A stretch of 64,000 nt of DNA from the NCBI GenBank assembly GCA_963662655.2, contig CAXXTU010000002.1:2560001-2624000 (forward strand), written 5' to 3'. How positions within the stretch are numbered: the first letter of the stretch is position 1; every line of letters starts with the position of its first letter. Source of the DNA: Candidatus Cloacimonadales bacterium (GTDB taxonomy: Bacteria; Cloacimonadota; Cloacimonadia; Cloacimonadales; JAIOQZ01). Below are positions 10,190-19,721 of the stretch, one piece after another. The translations under genes and the position numbers were made by a program. Below the pieces are notes generated by a model. The model did no database searches, was not told the origin of the DNA, and was given only the letters and a program-made list of their open reading frames with translations.

Positions 10190-11551
10190 CTATTCGATAT
10201 TCTTCAGGTACGTATAGAGCTCGCTTCTCGTGATCCCCAGAAAGCGTGCGGTTTTCGACTTGTTACCTTCGTTCTTGTCGAGAGCTTCCTCGACGATCGA
10301 ATTGATGAACTCCTGTAAATTGAAATCCTTGTTGGAGGCGATCAGGCTTTCGACACTGGTTCCTCCGCCGTTCTGAGGAACCGTTCGGTTGAGGATATGC
10401 TCGATATGAATCGGATCGATCCTCTCGTCCTGATACAGCAACGATATCCGCTCGAGGACGTGCTTGAGTTCACGCACATTCCCGGGCCAGCGATATCGCT
10501 CCAGCAGCTTTGCCGCTTCCTTCGACACACTCGTGAACGTGGTGCGCTTGTCTACTTGCATCCTCTTGAGAAAATAGCTTGTAAATGGCACGATTTCATC
10601 CACCCTCTCTCGCAGCGGCGGAATGCGTATCAGACCTACGGATAGGCGGTGAAAAAGATCTTCGCGGAGTTTACCCTGCTGTAAACAGTGCTCGACGTCA
10701 CAGTTCGTTGCGCAGATAATCCGGGCGTTCGTATGGATTTTCTTTGTTCCGCCCACGCGGAAGAACTCACGCTCTTGCAGCAGACGGAGAAGTTTTGCCT
10801 GATACTCGTGCTTGAGCTCTCCGATCTCGTCCAGAAAGAGCGTTCCGTTCTCGGCAAGCTCGATTTTACCGGATTTCCCTTCACGAGAGCTGCCGGTGAA
10901 GCTGCCGGCCTCGTATCCGAACAACTCGCTCTCGAACAGCTCGGGAGGGATCGCCGCACAATTGATCGCGATAAAGGGGGTCGTTTTCTCGCTACGATGA
11001 ATTTCACGGGCTACGACCTCTTTTCCCGTACCCGTTTCACCTGCCAGAAGGATTGGGATGTCCGGTTTCTCGTGAAGCTTACGAGTAAAATCATAGATAT
11101 CCCTCATTTTGTCGCAGAACACCACGAAATCGTCCCCGGTCGTCGAGTAAACCTTCAGGATACTCTTCATGCGGCGGTTGTTGCTTCGCAGATTGAGGTA
11201 CTCCTCGATGCGATCGAGCAGAACCTTGAGCTCCATCATATCCACGGGCTTCATCAGGTAGTCGTAAGCGCCTTCTTTCATCGCTTCAACCGCATTGCGG
11301 ACAGTACCGTGACCGGTTATCATCACCACGATGGCACCCGGATTGGTCTTCCTGACGATGCGCAGCAACTCCATTCCGTCCATCACCGGCATCATGATAT
11401 CGGAGAGGATCATGTCGTAGTGGTTCGTCTTCATCAGCTCGAGCGCTTTCTCCGCGTTTTCGCAGAGCTTCACCTTGTGGCCGACCCTTTCGAGAAATTC
11501 ACCGATCGACGCCCGGATGGCAGCTTCGTCATCAACAAACAGAATCCGCAT
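10190..11551 (-). CDS. NtrC-family sigma-54 response regulator (REC-AAA+-Fis HTH)
   Basis: REC (DDE, SDIMMP, K), GETGTGKE, ESELFGYEAGSFTGS, FLDEIGE, WPGNVREL, C-terminal HTH. Confidence 0.92.
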   Translation of the reverse strand: MRILFVDDEAAIRASIGEFLERVGHKVKLCENAEKALELMKTNHYDMILSDIMMPVMDGMELLRIVRKTNPGAIVVMITGHGTVRNAVEAMKEGAYDYLMKPVDMMELKVLLDRIEEYLNLRSNNRRMKSILKVYSTTGDDFVVFCDKMRDIYDFTRKLHEKPDIPILLAGETGTGKEVVAREIHRSEKTTPFIAINCAAIPPELFESELFGYEAGSFTGSSREGKSGKIELAENGTLFLDEIGELKHEYQAKLLRLLQEREFFRVGGTKKIHTNARIICATNCDVEHCLQQGKLREDLFHRLSVGLIRIPPLRERVDEIVPFTSYFLKRMQVDKRTTFTSVSKEAAKLLERYRWPGNVRELKHVLERISLLYQDERIDPIHIEHILNRTVPQNGGGTSVESLIASNKDFNLQEFINSIVEEALDKNEGNKSKTARFLGITRSELYTYLKNIE

Positions 11552-11727
11552 CGGTTCCCCCTTTGTTTCATATTCTCATCGACAAGTTTGCTGGCAAGTT
11601 TTTTCACTCGATCCGCGACGTATTCCCGTAAGCAGAGAGAGCGCTTTACCTTTCCACGATGAATATTATATATTGTTGACAGAATAAGGCGGAATTGCAG
11701 CATTATGTATCTCGACGGAGGTCCCTT

Positions 11728-12765
11728 ATGGAACATCAATTTCTCTCGGAATGCGCGATGAATCTTCTCGATTCGATTTTCGACGGCGTTTATATCGTCG
11801 ATCCGGATCGAAAGATCATCTTCTGGAACAAAGGTGCGGAGCAAATCACCGGCTACAAGCGTGAAGAGGTGATGGGATTCTCCTGCAAGGACGATATATT
11901 GAACCACATCGACGGCGACGGAAACCTGCTTTGCACCGGGAGATGCCCCATTGTAAAGGTGTTCGAGACCGGAGAAGCCCAGACGGCGAAAGTGTATCCT
12001 CTTCACCGGGACGGCAAACGCTTCCCGGTGAAAACGCATATCTCCGCAATCCGCAACGAGCAAGGCGAGATCGTCGCCTCCATCGAAGTCTTTCGCGATA
12101 TATCCGCTGAAGAGGATTACCGTATTCTTCAAGAGAAATTCCAGCGCCTTATCCAACGCTACGTTTCGGCTGCAACCTACGAAGAAGTGCGCCACCTCGC
12201 TTCAAGCAATTCCCTCACCACGACGAAAGTCCGCGAACTGACCATCATGTATCTCGACGTCGTCGGATTCACGACCTTCACGGAGCAGAACACCTCGGAG
12301 GAGGCCGTACAGATGCTGAACGACCTGTTCGGCGTGTGCGACGTGATTACGCGAGAATCGCTGGGGGATATCGATAAGTTCGTGGGTGACGCGCTCATGG
12401 CTACGTTCATCGATGCCAACGACGCTGTCACTGCTGCCGACAGGATACTCAACCTGGCGCTCCCGGAGTTGAATCTTCAGCGCAAGAAGCAGGGGAAAGA
12501 GGCGATTCACATCCGCATCGGTATCAACAGCGGAAGCGTTCTACAGGGGGATATCGGGACAAAAGAGCGCAGCGACCTCACCGTCATCGGAGACGTCGTG
12601 AACACCGCGTCGCGCATTGAAAAAGCGGCAGATACGGATTGTTTGTTCATCTCCGAATCTACCGCTTCAAGACTCAATATGGATATCTATCGCCAGTTCG
12701 AACCAGCGGGAGTCATTCAGCTCCGGGGTAAGGAGCGTTTCATCCAGCTTTTCCGAATGGGATAG
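11728..12765 (+). CDS. PAS-domain class III adenylate cyclase
   Basis: PAS (FWNKGAEQITGY), DVVGFT, DKFVGD (ATP-specifying Lys), TVIGDVVNTASR. Confidence 0.88.
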   Translation: MEHQFLSECAMNLLDSIFDGVYIVDPDRKIIFWNKGAEQITGYKREEVMGFSCKDDILNHIDGDGNLLCTGRCPIVKVFETGEAQTAKVYPLHRDGKRFPVKTHISAIRNEQGEIVASIEVFRDISAEEDYRILQEKFQRLIQRYVSAATYEEVRHLASSNSLTTTKVRELTIMYLDVVGFTTFTEQNTSEEAVQMLNDLFGVCDVITRESLGDIDKFVGDALMATFIDANDAVTAADRILNLALPELNLQRKKQGKEAIHIRIGINSGSVLQGDIGTKERSDLTVIGDVVNTASRIEKAADTDCLFISESTASRLNMDIYRQFEPAGVIQLRGKERFIQLFRMG

Positions 12766-12773
12766 CCTGAAAC

Positions 12774-13385
12774 TTATATAGCTTTCTCGAGAGAGCTGAG
12801 GTCCATTTTCTCCACAAACGCTTTGAGAACGTCGCCCGATTCGATCTGGGAGCCGTTTATGATGATGCTTTTGGCTTCGCCGACTTTGATCGTCAGGGTT
12901 CCCGACTGACCTTCCTGATCGAACTCAAGCGTTCCAGTATAACCCTGGATTCTCACGGAAGAACTTCCGGACATCGCACCGCCGAACATCTGTCCCATAT
13001 TGGCGAAACTTGCCGCCTGGCCGATCACTCCACCAACGGTGATGCTCAAATCGACGCTCGCTCCACTCTCGCTTGAATAGGATGCTTCGGCAGCCAGAGA
13101 ATTTGTCGAGCCCATGAACGCGCCGGCGGTACCGAGTCCCGTGGAGCTCTTGCTTTCCTGCGTGAACCCGGCCGGAGCGTCGGGAATGAATGCCAGAAGC
13201 TTCTGCGCCAGGATTTCGTTGATTTTGGAAAGCGCGTAATTGATCTCATCGACAGCCTTGGAATAGTCTTCCTTCGCCGTAAGGTTCTTCGCCGTATCGA
13301 GGCTGCTCAGGGCCTCTTCCTTTGGTCCAGCAACCAGAAGAACGCTGATTGCAACAATCGCGAAAACAAAAAACATTTTCTTCAT
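12774..13385 (-). CDS. Exported hypothetical protein
   Basis: Signal peptide MKKMFFVFAIVAISVLLVA after RBS GGAGG; the upstream part of the long ORF overlaps the glycosyltransferase and is not used. Confidence 0.7.
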   Translation of the reverse strand: MKKMFFVFAIVAISVLLVAGPKEEALSSLDTAKNLTAKEDYSKAVDEINYALSKINEILAQKLLAFIPDAPAGFTQESKSSTGLGTAGAFMGSTNSLAAEASYSSESGASVDLSITVGGVIGQAASFANMGQMFGGAMSGSSSVRIQGYTGTLEFDQEGQSGTLTIKVGEAKSIIINGSQIESGDVLKAFVEKMDLSSLEKAI

Positions 13386-13438
13386 GATTTTCCTCCAGAT
13401 TATAAAATTGAATGAGACAAATCCTGCTTGATTTTCTG

Positions 13439-14674
13439 TCAAGAAGAATGCGCACCGCGATCTAGCAATCGCGTCATCTCTTCTTCCATACGGATGAAAA
13501 TCGCTTCCCAGGACTTGCTTCGAATAAATTGATCCGTTTTCCGCCAATCGATCGGCACGTCGTTCTTCTGCGCCTGAATTTGCTTCCGTAACGCCTCTTT
13601 CAGGTCGGCCTCGAACGTTGCCAGGCACCCCTGCTCCGGGCAATCGATGGTTGCCATTTTCGGCATGGGCACATACGCGACCAGCGAAGCATCGATCCTG
13701 CTCAACCACTCCCTCACCCCCGGGAGATCGGTGCAAACGCAGCGCATTCCGCACGCAATCGCCTCGATGAGAACCAGCGGCATTCCCTCGTAAAACGAAG
13801 GCAGGATGAAGAGATCGCCCGATCTGAAAAACTCCGCGAGCCTCTCCTGTGGAACCGCGCCAATGAGCTCGATAGGAGCGTCCGACCGCCCAACGGCGTC
13901 GGTGATCTCATCCGCCTCCACACCGCTTCCCGAGCCGATCAACAACAGCTCCAGGGATTCGTCCGCAACAGATTCGAATACATGAATCAGTTGCATCACG
14001 CCCTTGGCAGCGCTGAGCTTCCCGGCATAGATCAATCGCAGAACATCCCGCCGGGGTTTCTCCTGTCGGAAGAAGAGCTCGGAACGATATCCGTTGCCGA
14101 TATCGAGGACATTCGATAAACCGTACCTCTTTTCAATCTGCTCCTTCTGAAAGCGATTGGGAGCGAGAACAAGGTCAACACCCCGCAGGCCTCCGACGAC
14201 CTCGTCCCTGAACCGACTGGCCAGTGTAAGTTGACGCAGGCCGGTTCCATGCGCATAGGCAATCACCGGTATATTCCCGCTGAGTTTCAGCGCGATGGTC
14301 GATAGAATCCATAGATGGTGGGTCAAAATGACATCGGGCTTGAATTGCTCAATCACGTCGCGGATTACCCGCTCGAATTCAGCTTTCCAGGACGCGACCA
14401 TCGCCGGCGTCATCTCGCTGTAACGCGTGGAGGGATAGGGCATGACATCGCTCATCCCCACCACGTGAAACGGCAACGCTTCGGTCTCAAACAACACAGG
14501 GTAGAGCAACGTTCCCGCGGGAAAGCCGAAATCGGCTTCACGATCCGATACGGGGATTCCGGCAACCACCGCCTGTTCGTGGCCTCTCTTCGCTCCGATA
14601 TTCAGAGTGGAAAGCAGGTTGATTCCGCTACCGGTTCGGCCTGGTCGCTGCGCGAGAAGGTGCAGGATTCTCAT
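13439..14674 (-). CDS. GT4-family glycosyltransferase
   Basis: YAGKLSAAKG, LPSFYEGMPLVLIEAIACG (EX7E motif). Confidence 0.88.
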   Translation of the reverse strand: MRILHLLAQRPGRTGSGINLLSTLNIGAKRGHEQAVVAGIPVSDREADFGFPAGTLLYPVLFETEALPFHVVGMSDVMPYPSTRYSEMTPAMVASWKAEFERVIRDVIEQFKPDVILTHHLWILSTIALKLSGNIPVIAYAHGTGLRQLTLASRFRDEVVGGLRGVDLVLAPNRFQKEQIEKRYGLSNVLDIGNGYRSELFFRQEKPRRDVLRLIYAGKLSAAKGVMQLIHVFESVADESLELLLIGSGSGVEADEITDAVGRSDAPIELIGAVPQERLAEFFRSGDLFILPSFYEGMPLVLIEAIACGMRCVCTDLPGVREWLSRIDASLVAYVPMPKMATIDCPEQGCLATFEADLKEALRKQIQAQKNDVPIDWRKTDQFIRSKSWEAIFIRMEEEMTRLLDRGAHSS

Positions 14675-15171
14675 TTTCTGAAATATCCGCTCCCCACCAC
14701 GTAATCGATATCGCCGACGCGCTTGTAATAGGCTTTGCTGCGCTCGATCTCCTCTGAATCCGGCTTGGCAATCGCTACGTCGATCCAGCCTTCTCCCTTT
14801 TCTTGCGCGCCACGGATCATCTGCTCAACGACAGGATTTCCGTCGGCATCAACGTTCTTCAAGAGATTCTTTCCCTTGAGATTGGCGTCTCCGCCATGAG
14901 CCACGCATACTCCATCAAAGTCATACACATACACGTAGTGATTTTTTTCGTGAAACTTCCCACCCGGGGATGTGATTTCATCAAATGCTTCCCGGAGCGT
15001 CTCGATCGATTCGCTCATCGAGAGAAGGAAGTCAACGGCGTTTTCTGTAATTTCCTTGGAGGATACTTCTTCCGAAGTCAGGTCGAGCCGGGCTTCTTTC
15101 GCTTCTTTTTTCATTCCACAGCCAGCCATGATAAGAGCTGCCAACAACATTGCGATCCATGTCCATTTCAT
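14671..15171 (-). CDS. Stand-alone single Cache-domain lipoprotein
   Basis: Lipobox IMAGC; YVYVYDFDGVCVAH..NLKGKNL..DADG..GEGW..VVGSGY. Confidence 0.8.
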   Translation of the reverse strand: MKWTWIAMLLAALIMAGCGMKKEAKEARLDLTSEEVSSKEITENAVDFLLSMSESIETLREAFDEITSPGGKFHEKNHYVYVYDFDGVCVAHGGDANLKGKNLLKNVDADGNPVVEQMIRGAQEKGEGWIDVAIAKPDSEEIERSKAYYKRVGDIDYVVGSGYFRK

Positions 15172-15183
15172 AAGGTACTTCCT

Positions 15184-15876
15184 TTATTCGTTTGTATTTG
15201 TCATCCATTCCACAGCCGACTGCGCATGTATTGGCAGGGTGTCGAACACGGGTAAATTCGTATTGATATGATCCATAAGCATATAGAGCTCGGTGCATCC
15301 CAGCACAATTGCGTCGGCACCCAAGTTCTCGAGATCGGTAATACAACGCTGGAAGAAGCCAACCGCTTTGGGTGTCACATTGCCTAGCGAGAGCTCCTCG
15401 TAAATTGCGTTACTCAGCTCGACGCCAAACGCATTGGCCGGCGCAAGCGACTTCATGCCGTACCTCTCTTTCAATCTCTCGTGATAGAAATACTCGTACA
15501 TCGTGAAGGTAGTCCCGAGAATTCCCGGCCGATGTACATCCTGTTCCTTCATCACCTCACCCAGGGCGTCGGCAATGTGCAGGATGGGGATATCGAGCTT
15601 TTCTTGTATGTCGTAGTAATATCGGTGCAGGGTGTTGGCACAGAGCAGGAGTCCTTCCGCTCCGGCCTGTTGAAGCTTCTGCGCGGTTTCGATCAGATAA
15701 TCTCTGCTCTTGTCGACGAGCTGAAGTTCGCGCAGTTCCGTGAAATCGACGGAGACCAGCAGCATTCTGGCTGAATGCGTACCGCCCAGCCTCTTCTGTA
15801 CCCCCTGATTGATCGTCCGATAATATTCGATGGTCGAGTGCCACGTCGTGCCGCCGATTAACCCGAGCGTTTTCAT
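15184..15876 (-). CDS. Aspartate/amino-acid racemase (RacX/YgeA family)
   Basis: GLIGG..WHST.EYY, CANT, LGT, LGCTEL. Confidence 0.9.
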   Translation of the reverse strand: MKTLGLIGGTTWHSTIEYYRTINQGVQKRLGGTHSARMLLVSVDFTELRELQLVDKSRDYLIETAQKLQQAGAEGLLLCANTLHRYYYDIQEKLDIPILHIADALGEVMKEQDVHRPGILGTTFTMYEYFYHERLKERYGMKSLAPANAFGVELSNAIYEELSLGNVTPKAVGFFQRCITDLENLGADAIVLGCTELYMLMDHINTNLPVFDTLPIHAQSAVEWMTNTNE

Positions 15877-15878
15877 AT

Positions 15879-16787
15879 TCACTCCTGTTTCTGTATCTTC
15901 GAGACCAGGCCGATTGCTTCATCCCAGTAAGCAAACGCCATGCGGTCCGTATTGTGCGCGTATCCGTAGTTACCCTGGCGATCGATCATGATGATCCCCG
16001 CATCGCCATCAGTGCGCGATCGAAGGATTACAAGCGCTTTCTCGCAGGCCTGCATGGCATCGATTTGGAGCGTGAAATCGCAAGCTGTCTTCGCGAGCAT
16101 GACCTTCATGATCGATTCTCCCCACCCCGTTGCAGAACAACCGGCTGTCAGATTGTCGCACCACGTTCCTGCGCCTGGAAGCGGAGAATCGCCCACGCGC
16201 CCCGGAAGCTTGCGCGGGGAACCGCCGGTGGATGTCGCAACAGCGAGATTTCCGTTCGCATCGAGCGCTACAGCACCTACCGTCCCCTTGGGCGCAGGGC
16301 GGAATACATCCCGCGACCTGAAGTCGGGATCGTCCTTGATTTTCTCCCAGAATTCCAGTTCCCGAAAGGTCAGGAGTTCCTTCGGATCGAGTTCGGTAAA
16401 TCCCATCGCCCTTGCGAAGTCCTGTGCGCCACCTCCCACCAGAAATGCGTGTTCCGTTTTCTCCATTACCATACGGGCCAGAGATATCGGATGCAGTAGG
16501 TTCTGTACGGCCGCCACCGAGCCGATATCGAGGTTGAAGCCGTTCATGATCATCGCGTCGAGCTCGATCTCTCCTCGTGCGTTCAGGAATGCGCCTCGCC
16601 CCGAATCATACGTGGGATCCTCTTCCAGAATGTTCACCGCTTTTTCCACTGCGTCCAAAGCGGAGACGCCCCTTTTCAGAAGCGGATAGACTTCTTTTAT
16701 TGCTTTCTCCACACCTGCCAGGTGCGGATCGACCATTTTATTGGGGATGCTCCAAGCTCCCCCGTGAACGATTAACTTCGGTTTCAT
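15879..16787 (-). CDS. Isoaspartyl peptidase / L-asparaginase (Ntn hydrolase)
   Basis: VHGGAW, GTVGAVALD (nucleophile Thr), TSTGG, GRVGDSP. Confidence 0.93.
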   Translation of the reverse strand: MKPKLIVHGGAWSIPNKMVDPHLAGVEKAIKEVYPLLKRGVSALDAVEKAVNILEEDPTYDSGRGAFLNARGEIELDAMIMNGFNLDIGSVAAVQNLLHPISLARMVMEKTEHAFLVGGGAQDFARAMGFTELDPKELLTFRELEFWEKIKDDPDFRSRDVFRPAPKGTVGAVALDANGNLAVATSTGGSPRKLPGRVGDSPLPGAGTWCDNLTAGCSATGWGESIMKVMLAKTACDFTLQIDAMQACEKALVILRSRTDGDAGIIMIDRQGNYGYAHNTDRMAFAYWDEAIGLVSKIQKQE

Positions 16788-17077
16788 GTATTTCTGTTCT
16801 GCCTTTCTTCCATTTTTCTCACAAGCTGATCGATTTTCTTCTGCTCACAGTCTTCACCAAGAAATCCAGGAATGCCAAATACACCAATGGCATGCCCCAC
16901 GAGTCCGATCCCCCAGCCAATCAGCGGATAGTAAAACCACCAGTGTCCCGGACTCGAGTATCGATTCAACAGGAATAATCCTGCATTTACCGCGATATAA
17001 ACAATCAAGTGAATATAGAAATCTTTGATCTCTCCGACTCGCTGACGAGCTTTTTCGACGAGTTTTTCTCGCTCCAT
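16784..17077 (-). CDS. 2TM-domain small membrane protein
   Basis: FYIHLIVY..VN..L..N....WWFYYPLIGWGIGL..H. Confidence 0.8.
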   Translation of the reverse strand: MEREKLVEKARQRVGEIKDFYIHLIVYIAVNAGLFLLNRYSSPGHWWFYYPLIGWGIGLVGHAIGVFGIPGFLGEDCEQKKIDQLVRKMEERQNRNT

Positions 17078-17320
17078 TTTCACCTCCGTTTTTTGCATTT
17101 GAAAGTATATACTTACGAGATGTCAATGTATTTGTGGAGACAGTCGTCATACGGCGCTCAACGCCACATCACGACAAAATGAATGGCGATAGCTTAGAAA
17201 TTCGCGTAGAAGAAGGGATTGGACTCGACAGCAATGATGGTGAACAATGCTTTTGCTGCAAGCGCAGTGAAAAGCAGGGTGAAAACAAATGTCACCCGAA
17301 GATACAACCAGAGATACGGT

Positions 17321-18288
17321 TTATTCTTTATACGTTCTAGTATACGCTTCATAGAGCAATTCTCCTAATTCCTTGTTACCGTTTACGTTGAGATGGCCTC
17401 TACCTTTGATTCTGTTATCTGGCCTTAGAACGGACTCAGATGTAAAGATATTTATCTTGTTTTCAATGCAATATTCTTCTAATAAATCATTCTCGTCTTT
17501 GTTGTTGTTGAATGAAACAATTAGGAAATCATCTCCATATCTCTCATGAAATTTCAGCAAGGTTTCTGGTAATCCTTTTGGAAGCTCTAAAATAATCTTT
17601 CTTTCCGACTCTTCCGCTTTTTCAACGCGATCTTGATTATCCAAATTGGTATTCGAAGTCAACCTGACAAGTAAACTGACTAAACTGGAAATCCTGCAAG
17701 CTTTTTTAGCTGGTATTTTGTATTTTGAACCAACTATCTTATTGCCAAAATTACTTGGTATCTCAAAATTCAAAGGAAAATCGTGACGTTGGAGCACTCT
17801 TTATGCAGTCCCTCAGTAATCAATATCACTCTATCCGGTTTGTAGAATCTCTCAAAAAAAAGTGATCGATATAGAGCAATATATGGATCAACGCCTGATG
17901 CACCTAGATTGAGTACAGAATATTGACTCTTCTGGGCATTAAGCAAGCCCTGGAAAACTCCAACGGCCGTCTTATCCCGTTCAACCTGTTGAGCATCAAT
18001 AAAAGACGATCCAAGAGCGAAAATAGTTTCTTGTGAATTCTCAATATCTACATCTGAGCTGTGTAATCCGATATTATTGTTTCGATATTTCCTATTGCCC
18101 CCCTCAACACTCCAATACTCAAAATAGGGTCCAAAAACACGTATTCCCTTAGCAACATTATCAAAAGGCATGAAAACGTATTTCTCTCCTCCTCTAGAAA
18201 TTGGGAAACCAATAACAAATCTTACTATCAGTTCAACCATCACGAGGGCAGTAACAATTCCCAGAATGACAATCAGCCCCTTTTTCAT
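17321..18288 (-). pseudogene. SGNH-like (DltD/AlgJ-like) protein C, split by a 1-nt deletion near 17795
   Basis: Two overlapping ORFs carry the N half (GSSFI, LNLGASG) and C half (GHLN). Adding one G restores HKEW-LQRHDFPLNF, matching W...PLDF in paralogues A and B. AT-rich. Confidence 0.75.
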
Positions 18289-19412
18289 CTGAACCACATC
18301 CAGCCGATGGTAACGAAGGTGAAGGTTATCGCACCCATCAGAACCTGATAGCCCATCGTCTTCGGTGTCTTGATTTTACGCTTGCGTTTGTAATAAATCC
18401 AGAGCTGGTAGACCGCGATGCCTGCCCCGTGCCAGATGCCCCAGTACATGAAATGCCAGGCCGCCCCATGCCAGATGCCGCACGCAGCCATTGTGATAAT
18501 GGGAACGCACACCAGCGACCAGATCACCTTACGGCTAACCCGGCTCAGCGGGAAGAAAAGGTAATCGCGAATCCATTCCGAAAGCGAGATGTGCCAGGTC
18601 GCCCAGAAACGGCTCATGTTGGTTCGGAAATAGGGATTGTTGAAGTTCTCCATGATTTTCAGGCCCAGGATTCTCGATGAGCCGATCGCGATATCCGAGT
18701 ACCCGGCAAAGTCGGTGTAAATCTGGATGGAATAGCCCAGTAGCGCGAGCGCTCTCATCCAGAAGGAAGCGCTGTCCCACCAGGGCTGTATGAAATAGCC
18801 GATCCAGTCGGCAATAACAAGCTTCTTGAAGAGGCCGAACACGATTCTCTGGAAGCCAATCCACACATTCTGCCAGCTCTGGTGATTTTCCTCAAGCTGG
18901 GGCTGGTAACGGGAAAAACGTTCGATGGGGCCGGCCACAAAGATTGTGAACAAGGAGCTGTAGCTCAGAAATTCCAGGAAGCTTCCGCGTTTGGCGATCT
19001 TCCAGTTGAGGTCGCTGAGGTAGCTGATATGCTTGAAGGTGAGGTATGATATTCCAAGGGGGAGCAGCAGGTTTTCGATACGGAAATCGGGAAGGCTGGA
19101 GACAAACTGAGCCAGGTGACTCAGGGTTCCCGATAGAAGTCCGAGGTACTTGAACGCAATGAGCGCTCCGAGGATCCCGATGATTCCGATTCGGAGGAAT
19201 ATCGCCTTCTTGTATCGATCCAGCAGCCAGGCGAACAGATAGGTCCATACGGTTATACAAAGCGTCACCACGGCGGCCGAGCGATCGAGATAAGCCACAA
19301 AGGCGAGGCTGGAAAGGCTCAGAAAGCCTACACGTATCTTACTCCAGGGAAGAATCCGATAAACGATCGCCACCAGAACAAGATACGCGAAAAAGGGAAG
19401 GCTGATAATCAT
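18285..19412 (-). CDS. MBOAT family O-acyltransferase (DltB/AlgI-like), downstream copy
   Basis: PLGISY.TF, VAGPIERF, GLFKKLVIAD, QIYTDFAGYSD, ENFNNPY, FWATWHISLS.W, GIWHG. Confidence 0.92.
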   Translation of the reverse strand: MIISLPFFAYLVLVAIVYRILPWSKIRVGFLSLSSLAFVAYLDRSAAVVTLCITVWTYLFAWLLDRYKKAIFLRIGIIGILGALIAFKYLGLLSGTLSHLAQFVSSLPDFRIENLLLPLGISYLTFKHISYLSDLNWKIAKRGSFLEFLSYSSLFTIFVAGPIERFSRYQPQLEENHQSWQNVWIGFQRIVFGLFKKLVIADWIGYFIQPWWDSASFWMRALALLGYSIQIYTDFAGYSDIAIGSSRILGLKIMENFNNPYFRTNMSRFWATWHISLSEWIRDYLFFPLSRVSRKVIWSLVCVPIITMAACGIWHGAAWHFMYWGIWHGAGIAVYQLWIYYKRKRKIKTPKTMGYQVLMGAITFTFVTIGWMWFR

Positions 19413-19421
19413 ATTGGTTGA

Positions 19422-19652
19422 TTAATATCTTTCGATGATCTCGATCATCTGGCGTACCGTGTCGAACGATTCCGCGGTTATTACCGGAGCGGGAATGCGT
19501 TTGCCAAACTCGGTCTCGATAAATTGCTGCAAGGAAACAAGGGAGAACGAATCGATCAGGCCGGACGAGATCAATTTCGTATCCACGTCGATGACTACAT
19601 CGTCTTCTTCCACAAACTCGTCGATTATGAATTCTATTAGCTTTTCTTGCAT
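19422..19652 (-). CDS. Acyl/aminoacyl carrier protein (DltC-like), downstream copy
   Basis: 76 aa, acidic, GLIDSF phosphopantetheine motif. Confidence 0.88.
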   Translation of the reverse strand: MQEKLIEFIIDEFVEEDDVVIDVDTKLISSGLIDSFSLVSLQQFIETEFGKRIPAPVITAESFDTVRQMIEIIERY

Positions 19653-19721
19653 GGTTGTCTCCTAGTATTTTTTGTTCCAAAAAGCCCGTCTGAGACCGAA
19701 TTGTAAAGAAAATTCTCGACT

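Noticed and set aside
11592..11606. Sigma54 promoter TGGCAAGTTTTTTCA before the cyclase
   Set aside because: The -12 GC dinucleotide is missing at the required spacing.
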